This document shows, piece by piece, positions 36,061 through 49,100 of a DNA stretch of 64,000 nt; within the stretch, counting starts at the first letter, position 1; the number at the start of each line of letters is the position of its first letter. A model generated the notes under the pieces. The model was not told the origin of the DNA. It ran no database searches and was given only the letters and a program-made list of their open reading frames with translations. Location: positions 868,001 to 932,000 of the forward strand of contig JAYWIR010000012.1 of assembly GCA_036172245.1 (NCBI GenBank). The letters are read 5' to 3'. A program made the translations under genes and the position numbers. The stretch comes from Raillietiella orientalis (lineage: Eukaryota).

Positions 36061-39000
36061 GTCATTCTATGGGAAGCAATTTCACGCTGGAAACGGGTGC
36101 AGTTCCCTATCATCAGCCTCCCACAGCCGCATCATTTCTGTCGTATCTTCACCGACGGACCAACACCGACGGACCTCTAGCAGAAACGTTCCATCACCTC
36201 CAATCGCAACAGGGAAGCCCGACCTCCAATCGACCTTATCTCGATCACGTCACCACTTATGACCTGCGTGGATCGACTGTATCTCATCCACGCAGGTCAC
36301 AAATGGTGACCTGACTGATTGCCGCTTGAGGGAATACCTCTTCTGTGCAAAGAGCGGAAGTTCTTTGAGAGGAGGCTTCCCGGTCCAGTCCGGCTGCTGC
36401 CATCTTGCATTTTCTCGCATGTGCTTCCTTCACCGACAGCTGCGGTCGACAAACCCTGCGGACTCTGCTAGAACCAGAGCAGGAAGCTGGAGCAAGAAGA
36501 ACGGTTCCATCAATGTGGATGGCGCCTGCGCCCGAAGCACTACCCGCTGAGAACCCGCTACGCCCCTGTCCACGCCAGAATCGGCGCAGCACAGGAAGCT
36601 GGCAACCCCAGCGCGTTGCACTTGGCGCGGATAAAAGCAGCCTCCTTAGAAGCCACCTCGATGCGCGTTTCCAGTTGCCAAGGAGGGAGTCACCAACGTG
36701 CACATCCACGCCAGAGACAGCTCCACGGACACACTCTCTCGTGATGGTCTATCGTCGTAGTGACCTCTCCAGATCGCTGCAAAGGAAAGACAGTTGGACG
36801 AATCACCGTCGCTGGAATCCGAACGAACGTTAGTCTTCCGCTTTCCCTTTTCTTCAGGAACGCGCTCGAACGTCATCGCCTGCAGGCACGTCTCTACACT
36901 GCTTTCCACCAAATATGCACTGGCACTTGATCCAGTAGCGCAGCATCCCATCCTGAGAACTAGGCTTCCCCGAGTAACCCGCGCTGAGGGTTTTCGCGAT
37001 CAACCCAGCCTCGGTGGGTCCAGCAGAAATCCAGCCTCCTGCTCTTTACCAGGAACTGGGACACCGGCGAGGAAGGCGCGAACGGCTCTCGCGGCGAAGA
37101 GAACGAGCTTCGGATTTACGACCACCAAGGCACCGTCGTCGTACAGAATACGTCCACTTGCGAACCGCGACGTGGCCTCGCGCGCCCGCCTGCAAGCGTA
37201 CCGGTACCCTCCTTAGGTCTCCCCAAGCCATCCCTCCCTTTCACAAGATGCGGTTCCTCCCCTGCAACCAAAGCGAAAATGCTCGGCCTCTGAACGCTTC
37301 CGGAAACCGGGCATCGCTGACCTGTCACGAGCCCGCGCTCGGCAGCGCAAACCCAACTGCACTTCCACGGACCACGACAAGCAGAAGAACAGAGCCTTCC
37401 AGCGGACACTCTGGAAGCTCAGCGCGCCTGCCGGGCAGCCGCTCCTTCGAAAGTGGGCGCACTTTCACCCACTTCTGCGATTTCTCCAGCGGAGTGCCCG
37501 AGGCGCGCAGGCAGGTAAGTTCGCCACTGTACGCCAGAAACGCCCTGACGTGCAACACTCGCAATGAGAAACCACAGCGTCTTTCGGATGTGCGGACGCA
37601 CCGTCAGTGACCAGGGTTGAAAATCCACCTTGCCGATGGAACAAACACCCTCTCTTCATCATGTGAGCACGAACACTGCGATGCAGGAACTCGTTTTCGA
37701 GAGTGTTCGCCTCCTTTCCAAGCTCTCAGGCAAGAGTTACCCTCCGATGTTCTGCAGACTCCTGTTTCCCATCTGCTTGCAAGATAAACATCGTTACCAG
37801 ACCAGGCTCACTCATTTGTGAGCTACCCGATCGTGTGCCGGGACGTACCCCATCGACACGTGCGTCGGCCTTGGTCCTTCAGAATGCAGGCGACCAAAAG
37901 GAGTCCCACGGCTTGTTTTCCGGACGATACCAGCGTTGTGAATGTTGCAGTGGGCAGGATGCCCTAGGGTAGCCCAGCGCACGATTACCTCCAGTACATT
38001 CAAGACATCATTTTCACCACGAGTTCAACTTTCCAAGTCTTCCATGGATCCGCACGCGAGTCAGCTTCCGCCCTCTGCACATGACACTCTTCGTGGCAAG
38101 CGAGTTGACGGAGGTCCCGAACGCTTCCGCGGCGCGACACGCTGCGACGTGTCCGAACAGATTTCTTCCCGTCCAGCTGTTTCCTTAGTGCGCTTCATCC
38201 GTTCCTGAAGAAGAGAGATGCTGGGCTCCTGACAACCACTGGGAGGCTGCAGGAAACCGCTAATCGATGACGCTTTCTCAACGGAGTGTCGAAAGCGCTC
38301 TTCGACTTCCGCGAACGCGGTCCTCGCGCGTGCATGCACAACCCGTTCAGGTGGACCAGAAGTAGATGCTCGTGCATTGGCTTCTGGTCTCGCAGCGGCC
38401 CCCATGGTCCCGTGGCCTTGAGTTCGAGGAGGGAATCGACTGTTAGCATCGATGAACGAAGGACCTTTGTGCGGGAAAGCCAGCGAGAAACGCACTGACA
38501 CCCAAGCGGGCTGTTTCGTAGAGTTGGTCCGCGCATGTTGCGTCCGCTGAATCGTCGGTGCATCTCCGTGGGGCTTCCTGGGGTACAGCGGAGCTTCCTC
38601 AATGAGCACATGCGGCGCCATGCGTTCCCCGCTCACGTGAATCCCGGAGCTATCACCTATCTGGGGCAACTCCTCGGTTCCCAGTCGCTCACCCCTTTGC
38701 TCTCTCTCCTTTCGCTTCTGCCGGGTGGCACCCGTCGACTGGCAAAAAATTCGCAGCTGTCGCGATTCAACTCTGCAAGCGATACGGACACCGGTCGACC
38801 GTGCGGCCATGAAGGTTGCGTCAGGCTGACTGGGAAAATTTCATCGTGAAGGCAACTGAAACACATTGCGGCAGTCTTCCTCCTCCTCCCGCCCTAGCCA
38901 AAATACTCACCTAAATGTGATGATTTGGAGCCATCAGCAACCGCACGTCATATTCCGCAGGCGCAAGACGTCTGCTCAGCTTGGGCTGCTCGCCTTTTCC

Positions 39001-39599
39001 TGCACCTTCACAAGACCAGCAGCGGACGGAGGATCCACTACCGCCTTTTCCGCTACCATGCGCTCATCCTCTGGGGATGCTGAGACCACACGCTGGCGAT
39101 ACTGCCGGAAGGAACTGGCCGTTCAGGAAAGGAGCGCACCCGACTGCAGGCGGCTCTCCTCTTCTTCATCGCCTGTTCCGCGCTCGCTGTCTTTCTTCTT
39201 GACCGTCACGGTCCAGGGCGACGCGGCCGTTTCTCGAAGGCAGGAAAAATGCCCCCATCGTTTGGCGTCTTCGTTTTCCGTAGCCAGGCAGTGCAATAAG
39301 ACCAGCAGCAATTCAGGAGACAGCCACTCTCCTTACTCCGCCCTGTGGCTGCCTGGCCACTAACGTCGCCGGCTCCGAAATTCTCGACGGATTGTGGACG
39401 TTCCTCCTTTGCACATCATGAGGGCGCTCCGACACGTTTCCGGAGGACTGGTGTCCGTTGGCACCCCGCTGGATTTAGCAGCGCAGGAAGGCAACAGCGC
39501 TGCTTGACACCGTCGAGAGGTCAGCACGAATTCGGACCTCACCCAAGGCGAATGTCTGGACGATCTCCTGCCGCCATGCGCGACGGGATGCCGCTTCGT

Positions 39600-40420
39600 T
39601 CCTTGGAGAGGACCAGCCGCTTACGTGGATGTGTCTTCTGTCGGATGCCCACACCAGCCTCCGCCTGGCTCGAGCCGCGGGACTTGCAGGACTCGCCTGC
39701 GGGGAAAGGCGCGCTCTCTCGGAACGGAGGCCCGCACCTGGCTGTGAACGGCGACCGCCGCTGCAGCAGCCGTGGTCCTGGCAGTACAGCTCTACTTCCC
39801 TCGGAGAGCCTTCGTACCTGAGGGCGGTGCCAATGCTTCCTGAGCTTCGCCAGACCCGCCTGCTGCGCAAGAAGCAATCCAGCATCAGCACTGGCGGCGT
39901 TCCCGTCTTCCGGAAGACCCCTTTTTCTCCCGAAATTTCCAGCGTGCCACAAGAAAACGGGAAGGAATGCACGGACATGTATTTTCATGCACGCGTCTTC
40001 CTGGGAGCTGCACTTCTCGGGGACCGCGTGCGGCGTAGCTCAGTCCTCAGGGCGCGCCCTCCTCCGGACGCTGAAAGCGAGAGGGTCCGAGGCGTGGAGG
40101 AGAGCGGAGGCGTACGTGCGTCCACTTGGGCTGCATCAACGCTAAGGGGCTGCGAGACGGCGGACAGTGGCGGCGCTTTGTCGCTACGCGGGACCCTCAA
40201 TCAGCAGCCAGGAGTGCTCCTGCGGCTCCTCCGGGACGTCTTCCGTCTTCTCCTCGACGTCGCTACAAAGAAAACACATCCTCCGCTTCCACGCGTTGCT
40301 TTGCAGCTCCTGCTCGGTTCCGTCGGCGCCAAACTGCGGCAAGCATTTTGTCGGGAACATCCGGGAAGGACTCTCCCGCCGCCCGTGCCCCAGTGGCGAA
40401 CTGGCGCCTGGCTGGTGAAG
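39600..40420 (+). mobile_element. Very degraded Tx1-like ORF1 end / APE start
   Basis: LGCINAKGLRD...TH pattern; knuckle-like Cys remnants upstream. Confidence 0.35.
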
Positions 40421-42157
40421 GGGGTCCCTCTTGCGAGAAGCCGCCGCAGGGCCCTCCGAGATGCCGACTGGCAGAATTCCATTCGGGTGGTTCGCAGATG
40501 CCCGCTCCCCGAAAATACACTGGCGGGTGCGTTTGCTCCGACACGCCCGCCTATACGCCCGCACGCCTGTCGCGTCTTTGGCGTGGGGGTGTTCGGCCGA
40601 CTCGCCCGGACGGCTGCGCGGCACACGGGGAATTCAGGATCGGGGAAGCACGCCCCGAGGCAGGGCAGTCTCGCGCCGGAAGCCGTATTTTGCGTTTCCG
40701 TCTCTCTTTCCCCGCCCCTTCTTTTCGTGGCACCCGCAGAGCCCTTCGGAGGAAAGAGGAAACAACCAGCGTGCGTGAGAATGAAGTGCAGTCTCTTCGG
40801 GAAGGGGCGATGCCCTTAGGGGTGGCCCACCGGCATTTACACGATTTTTGAACGCCAGGTTACCCGAAGAACCCGCGTATTGCCTTCTGGAGAAAGGGCG
40901 TCCTTTCGGAGCTCTTGCATCCCTTCCTTTCGCGCCTACCTCGGCTTGCCAGCAGCCGGAGGGAGCCGCGCTAGAGGCATGAAAGCCTCTAGCGCCAACA
41001 AACGAACCCAGGTGCGTCGCACCTGGGTTCGTTTGTTGGATCGGGCACACGCTAGGCAAACTACGCTCCTTTCTTGCAACTTCAGCCGCTATTGGAGTAT
41101 CCAGTAAGGACAGCATCCCTGAGATGGACCCAAAATGAGCCGGCAGTGCGTTGCTTTCAGGTGGCAACCGGAACGGCGATTTGCATGTCTTTCCTGGAGG
41201 ACCACGAGAGACCCGTCCTTCTGACTGAACGGGAGCGTTGACGAAAGAGCCGTGCGTAAAGGCGCGCGCGTGAAGCGCGTTGACGCACGTGTTTGGGGCT
41301 AGAAGATCCCGTGCCCCCTCGATGGGGCTCCGCGCCTACAACTGCTTGGATTGGGTCGCTGCGGCTGCTCCCTCGCGCGCGATGAGAAGGGGGCAAGGTG
41401 GGATCACCAGCGAAGGAGGGAGCCCTCTATTCTCAAAGGGCTGGACGCGATATAACCCTCTGCGGGTATCGCGCCCTCGAAGTTGCGTCTTCAAGATGGA
41501 GCGGGCGCGGAAAAGATCAGTGCGAAGGGAGACGTGCCTGGTTCGCCGAGGTGACTCCGTACAGGGAAGCACGTATGCTTTGGGCGCCGACTGAGGGCTT
41601 AATTGGAAACAGTGGGGCAGTGGATTTCTGTAGCCGGCATTCCGCCTTTGGGCTTCGAAGGGAGCGGGTGCCTGGTCAGGAGCTCTGGCTGGGTCCGCTT
41701 TTGCTCGTTCGTAGCGTGGAAGCGCCCCGTGGAAACGAGCGAGCGGAGAAGAGTCGGGAAGGGGTGCAGGCGTGCAGCCTCCGTGCCATGCGGTGGTCTT
41801 CCAGCCGCGCCTGATCTGAGAAACCGCTTTCTTCGTCCCTTCCTCCGCTTGCCTCATGTCGTCTCGCTGCGCTGTGACCTCACAACATCTTCCCACAACA
41901 AGGGATCTGAGGGTCACCTGCGATCGACGCTACAGACGGCGGGAGGGAGCGGTCCTGCCCGTGACTGCACTGGAGGCGTCCTGGCGATGGCCTCAGGGCC
42001 GACCGATCGTTTTCAAAGGGGAAGGGAGAGTCGCGCGCGCATCTGGACGTCCCCCTCGCCGATCAGGATGGTAACGAGGGGACTGCGGGCTTCCTGCGAG
42101 CTCTCCCGGCCTTCCGCCTCTTCTGTGAACCCCGAGGGAGAAAGTCCGTCCTCTTCC

Positions 42158-44523
42158 CTAGACCCGAACCGAGCGGTACCCACGGAACCGGGCTGACCTG
42201 GCCTGGAAATCCCCGGTGGGTGTGGTGGTATCGGCTTCGAGGGACTTCGTGCATTCCTTCTCTTCCTCCTCCCCGTCTTCCTCGTCACTGACCAGAACCT
42301 TGTCCACAACGAAGAGATTGCCCAGGTTGTACACATACAGGTCGCTGAGCAGCACAGTAGCTCCGTTCACGGTGATGGCTCCTGAGCAGGCGAAAGGAGA
42401 ACATTCGGGTTCAGAAATAAGCAAATTCGGGTTTCTTCCCTTTCCTTCCCTTCTCCCTCTTTGCTGTTGCTGGACTGCAGGGAGCCCCCCGTGACAAGGA
42501 GCACCCGAAATGGTAAAGGGGACGCTCGCGGGGTCAAGTGAGTTTCGCCCGCAAGGTCAGGAAGGCGAGAGGGGGCAATCCCTCTCCCTTTCCCTCAGCC
42601 GGAGGGGAAGACGTGGTTGCAGACGCTGCTCTCCTGCGCTCCCTGCACTCATTCCGAACTCTCGGAATGGGTGCGGCCCGGACGTCCCATTCCAAGAGAG
42701 CGGACGGAAATACAGAAAGAGAGGGACTTGCCATTCTTCGTTGTGACCCGGATGGGTTTGCCTCCGAGAGACTTCAGAGCTGTGGAAGCTTCCCCGGAAG
42801 CGCCAGTAAAGTTCGAGGAGTACCAGTATCCCGGGAGGGTGTGGTCCAGGAGCAGCTGGCAAACCTTGTCGAAGTCGAACTGGTCCGTACGGATGTCGCT
42901 CCAGGGCAGCTCCCGGAGCGCCGAGTCGGTAGGCGCGAAGACGGTGAACTTGTAGTACTTGCCTGCAGGGGAACAGGAGGAAGAGGGGGGCGTGGCTCCG
43001 CTTCCCAGCACGCAGGGGCGGCGCACCTGAGTCGTAGTGACGGAAGCGCAGCGCTGCCCCGTGAGCGGTCTCGATGAACCACCGGAAGCGAGTCATGTCC
43101 TCCAGCTCCCCCAGCTTGTAGAAGAGGTTGCTCAGAAACTGGGACTCGATATGGGGGTACGTGAGCAGGGGAGCCGTCTCCTTGTCCCCATGGCGCTTCC
43201 TGAGCTCCTGGACGACATTCACGTCCAGGAAGAGGACCTGGTCGATGAAGAACGCGTTCCCTCCGGACAGGCGCGTCTCCTTGTTGACGATGACATCCGC
43301 CCCGTTGACGGTATAGCAGCCTGGTAGCTTCCGGAACACTGCAGGAAGACACGGGGAGGAACGTGAGTCCTTCCTCAGCTTCTCCCCTCTCCTGGGTGCT
43401 CACCCTTCGTCACGTGGCAGTCGTCACTCGAAGTGGGGCCGATCTGCAGCTTCTCCCCTCCTAGAGTCTCTCTGGTGACGTTCCTCTCGGCGAAGTTCTC
43501 GAAGGACATGCGCCCGAGGACGAAGTGGTTCAGGATGACCTTGTCCCGGAACTCATCCACCGAGAACGGGTTAAACCCGTAGTCCACTGGGCTCCAGCTC
43601 CAGAAAGCCGCGTCACTGGGGACGAAGACCGTGTACTCCCTTCCTGGAAGAAGAGGCGGAGCATTCCAGAGGCGCTGGATCAACGCGCTACCACGGTTAC
43701 CCCTCCCCCTCCCCGCCGCTTTCCTTCCCGGAAGCGCTTGTTCTTTCCTGCCCATTCGGGACCACCTTCTCTGGACTGTGTGGAGACGGGGCCACCCTCC
43801 AGCACGCGGTCTCCCGGCAGCCTGCGAAGCGGTCGCGAATGCATCCCTGGCTAGCGAGAAGGACCGTCTGTTCTGACCGCCCCCCTTCCCACCCCGCAGG
43901 AAGGAGATTCAAGGTCCTCCGACCGTAAACTGTCGGTTGCTTCGAGAATGCACCCAGCGGCTCAACATCGGGAACCACACGCGAACCGAAGAGTCCCCTG
44001 AGGGAAGGATGAAACTAGGAAGGCCGAGGGAAAGGAAACGACATCGTCTTGTCCCTTCCGACGACGACGCGCGCATCCTAAGCGTCGTCAGGTGGACCGG
44101 GGAGGACCGCCTCATAGAATCGCGTCTCTTTGACTCCTTTATCAACCCTTCCCAGAGCATCGCCCTCTCCTCCCTCCCGCCCATCACCACCACCAGGATC
44201 CGCTCGATGTTGCGGAAGTCCACGAGGCACTCACCGGAGAGGAAGTGGCGGTGGATGCTGCTGGCCAGGCCGAGCTGCCTGATGAACTCCCTGCAGAGGG
44301 CGTGGTTCTGCAAGTGGCGGATCAGGGATGCAGCGAAGTTCCCCTCGAGCTCCGCTGCTCCTTCGGAACCCGCGTGGACGGTGGTCTCCTCCTCCGAGCT
44401 CGCTGCGGCGGCGCGCGCCCCGACGCCAAAACGCAGCACGCAGATGCAGCAGCACACGAATAGCGCGGCCCCTGCCGCGCTGCAGCAACCCCTGCACCGA
44501 CCCACAGCGGACGATCGCGCCAT
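42158..44523 (-). CDS. Secreted fasciclin (FAS1) domain protein, about 431 aa; exons 44235-44523, 43404-43643, 43027-43338, 42732-42962, 42158-42381
   Basis: Hydrophobic leader; two FAS1 H1 motifs (YTVFVPSDAAF, FTVFAPTDSAL), TLGG/SLGG, TVNGA, H2 motifs (FIDQVL, VVDKVL); all four introns phase 1 and frame-consistent; last exon end less certain. Confidence 0.88.
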
Positions 44524-45348
44524 GCTCTCCGGGAAATACGCCGCCTCGCCGGGCCCTCCGCGCTTAAGAGCGCGCGGCACCGGAGTGCGTCATCGCCCGA
44601 GGGCACGCCGACGCTTCCAAGTCGCAGTCAAGGTCCCCCCTCCGCTCGGCTCTGATTCCCGATTCCGGCGAACGCGTCCCGCCGATCTCTGGTGCAGGGG
44701 TGCTTCGTTCCTCTCTCCTCCCCTCCCCCTCAGCGGTTTCCCTTGAGACGCCTCCGCGAAGGCAGAGGACCTCCGGAGCGGCCGATCGTGCCACAAGAAG
44801 TGGCGTGAGGTTGCGCAACGGTCGCACGGGCGAGAAAGATTCATCACTCCTGTCGTTTCGTGTTTTTTTTTTGTTTTTTTTGTGTTGCGCACGAGCCGTT
44901 GGTCCACATCTCTGCTGGGTGCGGATCTTATCGCGGCCCGCCTCCGCTCGTCTCATTTTCCTTCCCCCCTCCCCATCAAGGTTCGGCTCATGGAGTCATG
45001 GAGTTTTTTATCTCCGGGTCGCATCTCTGCGCCGCGAGTCGCGTTACGGGGGACCGATGAAGCTGCAACCAACCCGCTTGTCCCCTTTCCGGAGCTTCTT
45101 CGCGCAGCCACAGCCGTACGGGCGTGCTCCCGTCGTGCGGTCGGAAGGGGATGATTTCCCAGTGTCGTAGCTGCCCCACCATGTCCCTGGAAGGGACTGG
45201 AAACCCAGCCGGCGCTCGGTGGAGGGAAAACCCTCATTCACTGAAGCTCCTGAAGGACTGTTAGGAATTGGGCACGGGAAGGCTCCCTGAGCTCCGAACC
45301 CAAAGAACCTCCTCTTTCTCCCTCCAGCATGCATTGCAGGTCTGCGAG

Positions 45349-45600
45349 TTGGCCCGCGTCGGGTGGCTGTGTGGCTGCCTCCGCTCGTGACGTCGCGGTT
45401 TCGAATCCCGTCCGACTCCAGAGAAATGAGGGGTGCGTCATAGGTTTGAAGTCTCTCCGCAAGATGACGCTGGTTGGCCTATTCGGGTGCGGCGACGCTG
45501 GCGGAAGTCGGAAACCCCCGCTGACTAGCCACGATTGGAAATGGGGGGTGCTTCCAGGAATCAAGGAGCCCTTCGGGGTTCCTTCTGGCTGTGATAACGG
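45349..45600 (+). repeat. Putative tRNA-derived SINE, copy 2
   Basis: TGGCTGTGTGG, GGTTTCGAATCC, GCTGGTTGGCCT core, TTCCAGGAATCAAGGAGCCC tail. Confidence 0.55.
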
Positions 45601-45884
45601 AGCCGTCCTTCCTTTCTCTGGGGGGCACCCTCCACCGCGCTCCATGTGGCTGGTTGACACCCTCCCCCTCCCGAGGGTTGCCCCTCTCCAGAATGCTGGA
45701 AGGTGCTGCTGCCTTCGGAGTTCTCTTCATAGGAAGAAACAGGTAGCAGTTCCCTTGAAAATTTCCTCCGGAGAAGAAATGAGAAGAGTCCTCCCCCTTG
45801 GGATCCCTCCAGAGAGAATAAGGAAGAGGCTCCCTTTATGGCTCCTCTCTGGTTGTTACGATAAAGAGGAGGGTCAGATACCCG

Positions 45885-46135
45885 CGTCAGCGGCCGCGTG
45901 GTTGCGGTCTGGGAGCGCAGAACCGGGCGTCGCGGGTATGAATCCCTCCTTGGAAAGGATCGACTCCGAGAACGGGAAATGCATCGTGCGTTTCGAGTTC
46001 CCCTGTAGGATGCCGCTGGTTGGCCTCTTCGAGAGCGGCACTGGCCGTTGACTGGTCGGGATTGGAAGTCGACCCTCCGGGGTCCTTCCAGGACATCAAG
46101 GAGCCCCAGGGTTCCCCTCCGGTTGTGCAAATGGA
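45885..46135 (+). repeat. Putative tRNA-derived SINE, copy 3
   Basis: CGGCCGCGTGG, GGTATGAATCC, GCTGGTTGGCCT, TTCCAGGACATCAAGGAGCCCCAGGGTTCCCCTCCGGTTGT. Confidence 0.55.
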
Positions 46136-49100
46136 GCACGTCAAATCTGAAGCTCCAAGGACTCTCGTCACGGAAACGGGATGAGCGCTTTCCTTGACGT
46201 CATCCCGACGAGGGATCGCAGCTCCACCGATGCGGATTCGGCCGCAGCGTTCTTCCGACTGCTGACCGGAACCTGTGCTTACACGAATGTGCAAGCACAG
46301 GTTCCGGTGAGATGAAAGTGCGAACGTCGGCGACAGCGAGCTGAACGTCCCAGCCCTCAGAAACGAAGAGCAAAAAATCAGAAAAGACAAACCGAAAGTC
46401 CGCGAGAAGAAGGGGGGGAAAGGGCGGATGCTCTTTGCGTTTCTCCACAGATGGTCGCGGGCCGATACAACGAGGTCAAGTGGGACCCCCTCGCGCTTTC
46501 GAAGTCCCGTTGAGCCACCTTTCGCTCCCGGCGTCGAACCGCGCCAAGAGCGCCACCTTTCGATGGCTGACTTTCGGGTGCTCCGAACCCGGTCGGACCG
46601 CTACTCCGGCGAGAGGTGGCCACGACCGAGCTCTCGAGGAACGCTAGGAGCCACCGTGGCTAGAGGACCATCCCACTGACTGGGCGCAACCTGGACCTTC
46701 TCTCAAGTGCTGCAGATGGAGGGTGCCTTCCGACGCAGGCCTTTTGGGGGACCGGTACGCCCTCGCAGAGGCCTGGGAAGGCAGCAGAGAAAGAGGGCAG
46801 CAGCTTCGCGTCCACGGGAAGAAGGACTTCCGCATCTCCATGGCGCGGACCTCGCAGGTTCGCTCATCTCTTGGATTCTGGAAACTCCTCGGATTGGGAC
46901 GCGCTATCCGCAGACCCTCCAGGCAACCTCCCGTCCAGCACCGTCGTCAGGACTTCCACAACCACCACGGAAGCGACCACCTACTTCTGCGAAGGCACCA
47001 TTCTTGCGCCGCCGCTGCCCTCAACACTGAGAAATGGGACCGCGGGACTGCTTTGGGCACTCCCTTCTGTTCCGATCTACTCCAGCCCTGGAGAAGTGCC
47101 TTTTCCAGATTGGGTTCCTCTTGTAGTCGGGAGGCAAGCAGCCTACAGAGAGATCCAAGCGTTGCGAAGGGAGACTGGCGAACGAGTGGCTCTTCCTCAA
47201 TGAAAGAAAAGTCCGATCTCGTGAGCTCGTCGATGGGCGCACGTTCCTACTCCCTACTCGGTGCTTCGTGGAAAGTCCTCTCCCAAGCAGGGAGCTGGTG
47301 GGAAACGCTTCCTCAGTTGCTTCTCTCTCCGTTCGAACCTCACGTCTCCCCACGGGCGCGGTCTCACTTCGGTCAGTCGCACGTGAACAGGGACGGAGAT
47401 GGAAATCTCGGCCGGCCTACTCTTCAGCCCACTTCAAATAACACAAATCTGACTCTTCCCGTCGGATCATCCGGCAGTCGATCGGGGAGTATGATGTGGA
47501 GGAAGATGAAAAATGACGTTCAGAATGCAGAATGGAGTTCGAGCGTGCGATAGAGCTGAAAGCGCATGAGAGTTTCGGCGGCGGGTTGAGGGGGGAAAAA
47601 AGGTTTTTGTTTTCTACCTGGAGAAACTCCGGCGAGGTTGGTCGATGTCGCAGTCAGGGGCGGGGGAAAAAAAACAGCGCAGATGTCAAGAAAGCATTGC
47701 TTGTTTCTACGAAGTAAATACCATTGCTCGCTCTCATGGCAACCTCTTCTCCTCCGAAGACAACAGAAAGATGGCCTTCTCTTTCACTTTGAGGAGCTTT
47801 TGTTTTTTTTGTTTTTTTTCCCATCCCCTTGTCGTCTTCAAGAAAAACAAAACGCACATAACGGAGCGAGTCATCGCGGAAAACAGCTTCACTTTTCCGA
47901 AAGATCATCTCAAAGATGTATCCTCTCCACTCCCGCAGCTTCACTCGCCGTCATGTTCGCTGTTGGCATCTCGAGGAATGGAAAACTTCAGGTGAGACTG
48001 GCGCTCATTCTACCTCCCACACAGTAAAAGAAGAGCGCTAATTTCGTGCTGTACCGAGGATTCGAAATTGCTGAAACCGTCCTGAGTGAAGGGGGCACTG
48101 AAGAGACCATCCTCTGCCAATATTGTAATCGTTCCATCATCAACGCCGAAAAGAATCCCTGTTATTTACAACAGACTGTTCATGGTAATGTAATGTAGAT
48201 GTGCTTCAAGAGTCCATGCGTGACCATTTAAATTTATCCTTAAGAATCCTGTTTACAAATGCTGTTTGAAGTGGCCCAGTGTATCGAGTGTTTCTTGTTC
48301 AGAATTTGGAGCCATGCAGCTTTGTCACTTCAAGTACGTGGGACGTTCGGACTGCTCATCATTCCTCAATGGTAATTCCCGTTTGCAACGCTTCAATGCG
48401 TCCAGCCTCTTGCTTATAATAATTCAGGGCTGCCAATGATCAGCACACTTCGTTCTTGCTTTATCGAGGATCCACACGACACTCAATTGCTGAACTACCT
48501 CCGGCCAAACAAAAACGTTGCATTAGGAGGGAAGTTGCTCGTTTTTCTCACATGCTTAATTCCGTCAAATAAGAAACTTGTATGAATCCCTCTGGATTTC
48601 CTTTTATTTTCTTCCATATCGGTAAAATCGGGCATTTTTTTCATTTCCATCCATCAGCTTGCATATTTTAATACCCTATTTTTGTATTCCTTCGTATTGA
48701 CATTCATGTTTCACATTCTCTTCCTTTTTTGCTTTTCACGTTTATGTTTTCTTCTCCTCTGTAAAGTTTGCATGGGAAAGTAGGAAAAGCATTCGGCGAA
48801 AATGAATAAGGGATGACGACAAAAGAACCGTAAAACTCCTTTACTGCTCTTGGAACAAAAGTTCAATAGGTATGAATTAAGAATGGTGAGTGATGGTGAG
48901 TTACGTCAAATTTGGTTAGATGAAAAAACATTAGCTATTCATTATGCATTTATTCACATGTGTACACAAGAACGTCACGTTTGCCAATTACCCATTCCCA
49001 CCTATAGTAGGAACGAACACTTCTTGAGTACCATTTTCGATTCAAATGAGTACTGAATGGTGTTACCTACGCGACCCACATTACATGCAATTCAATGCAA

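Noticed and set aside
36060..38900. Possible very old RLE element on the plus strand
   Set aside because: Only fragmentary QGCP/WQK-like hints; too weak to call
39629..40819. 396 aa ORF
   Set aside because: GC-rich and without coherent domain; overlaps a decayed retroelement
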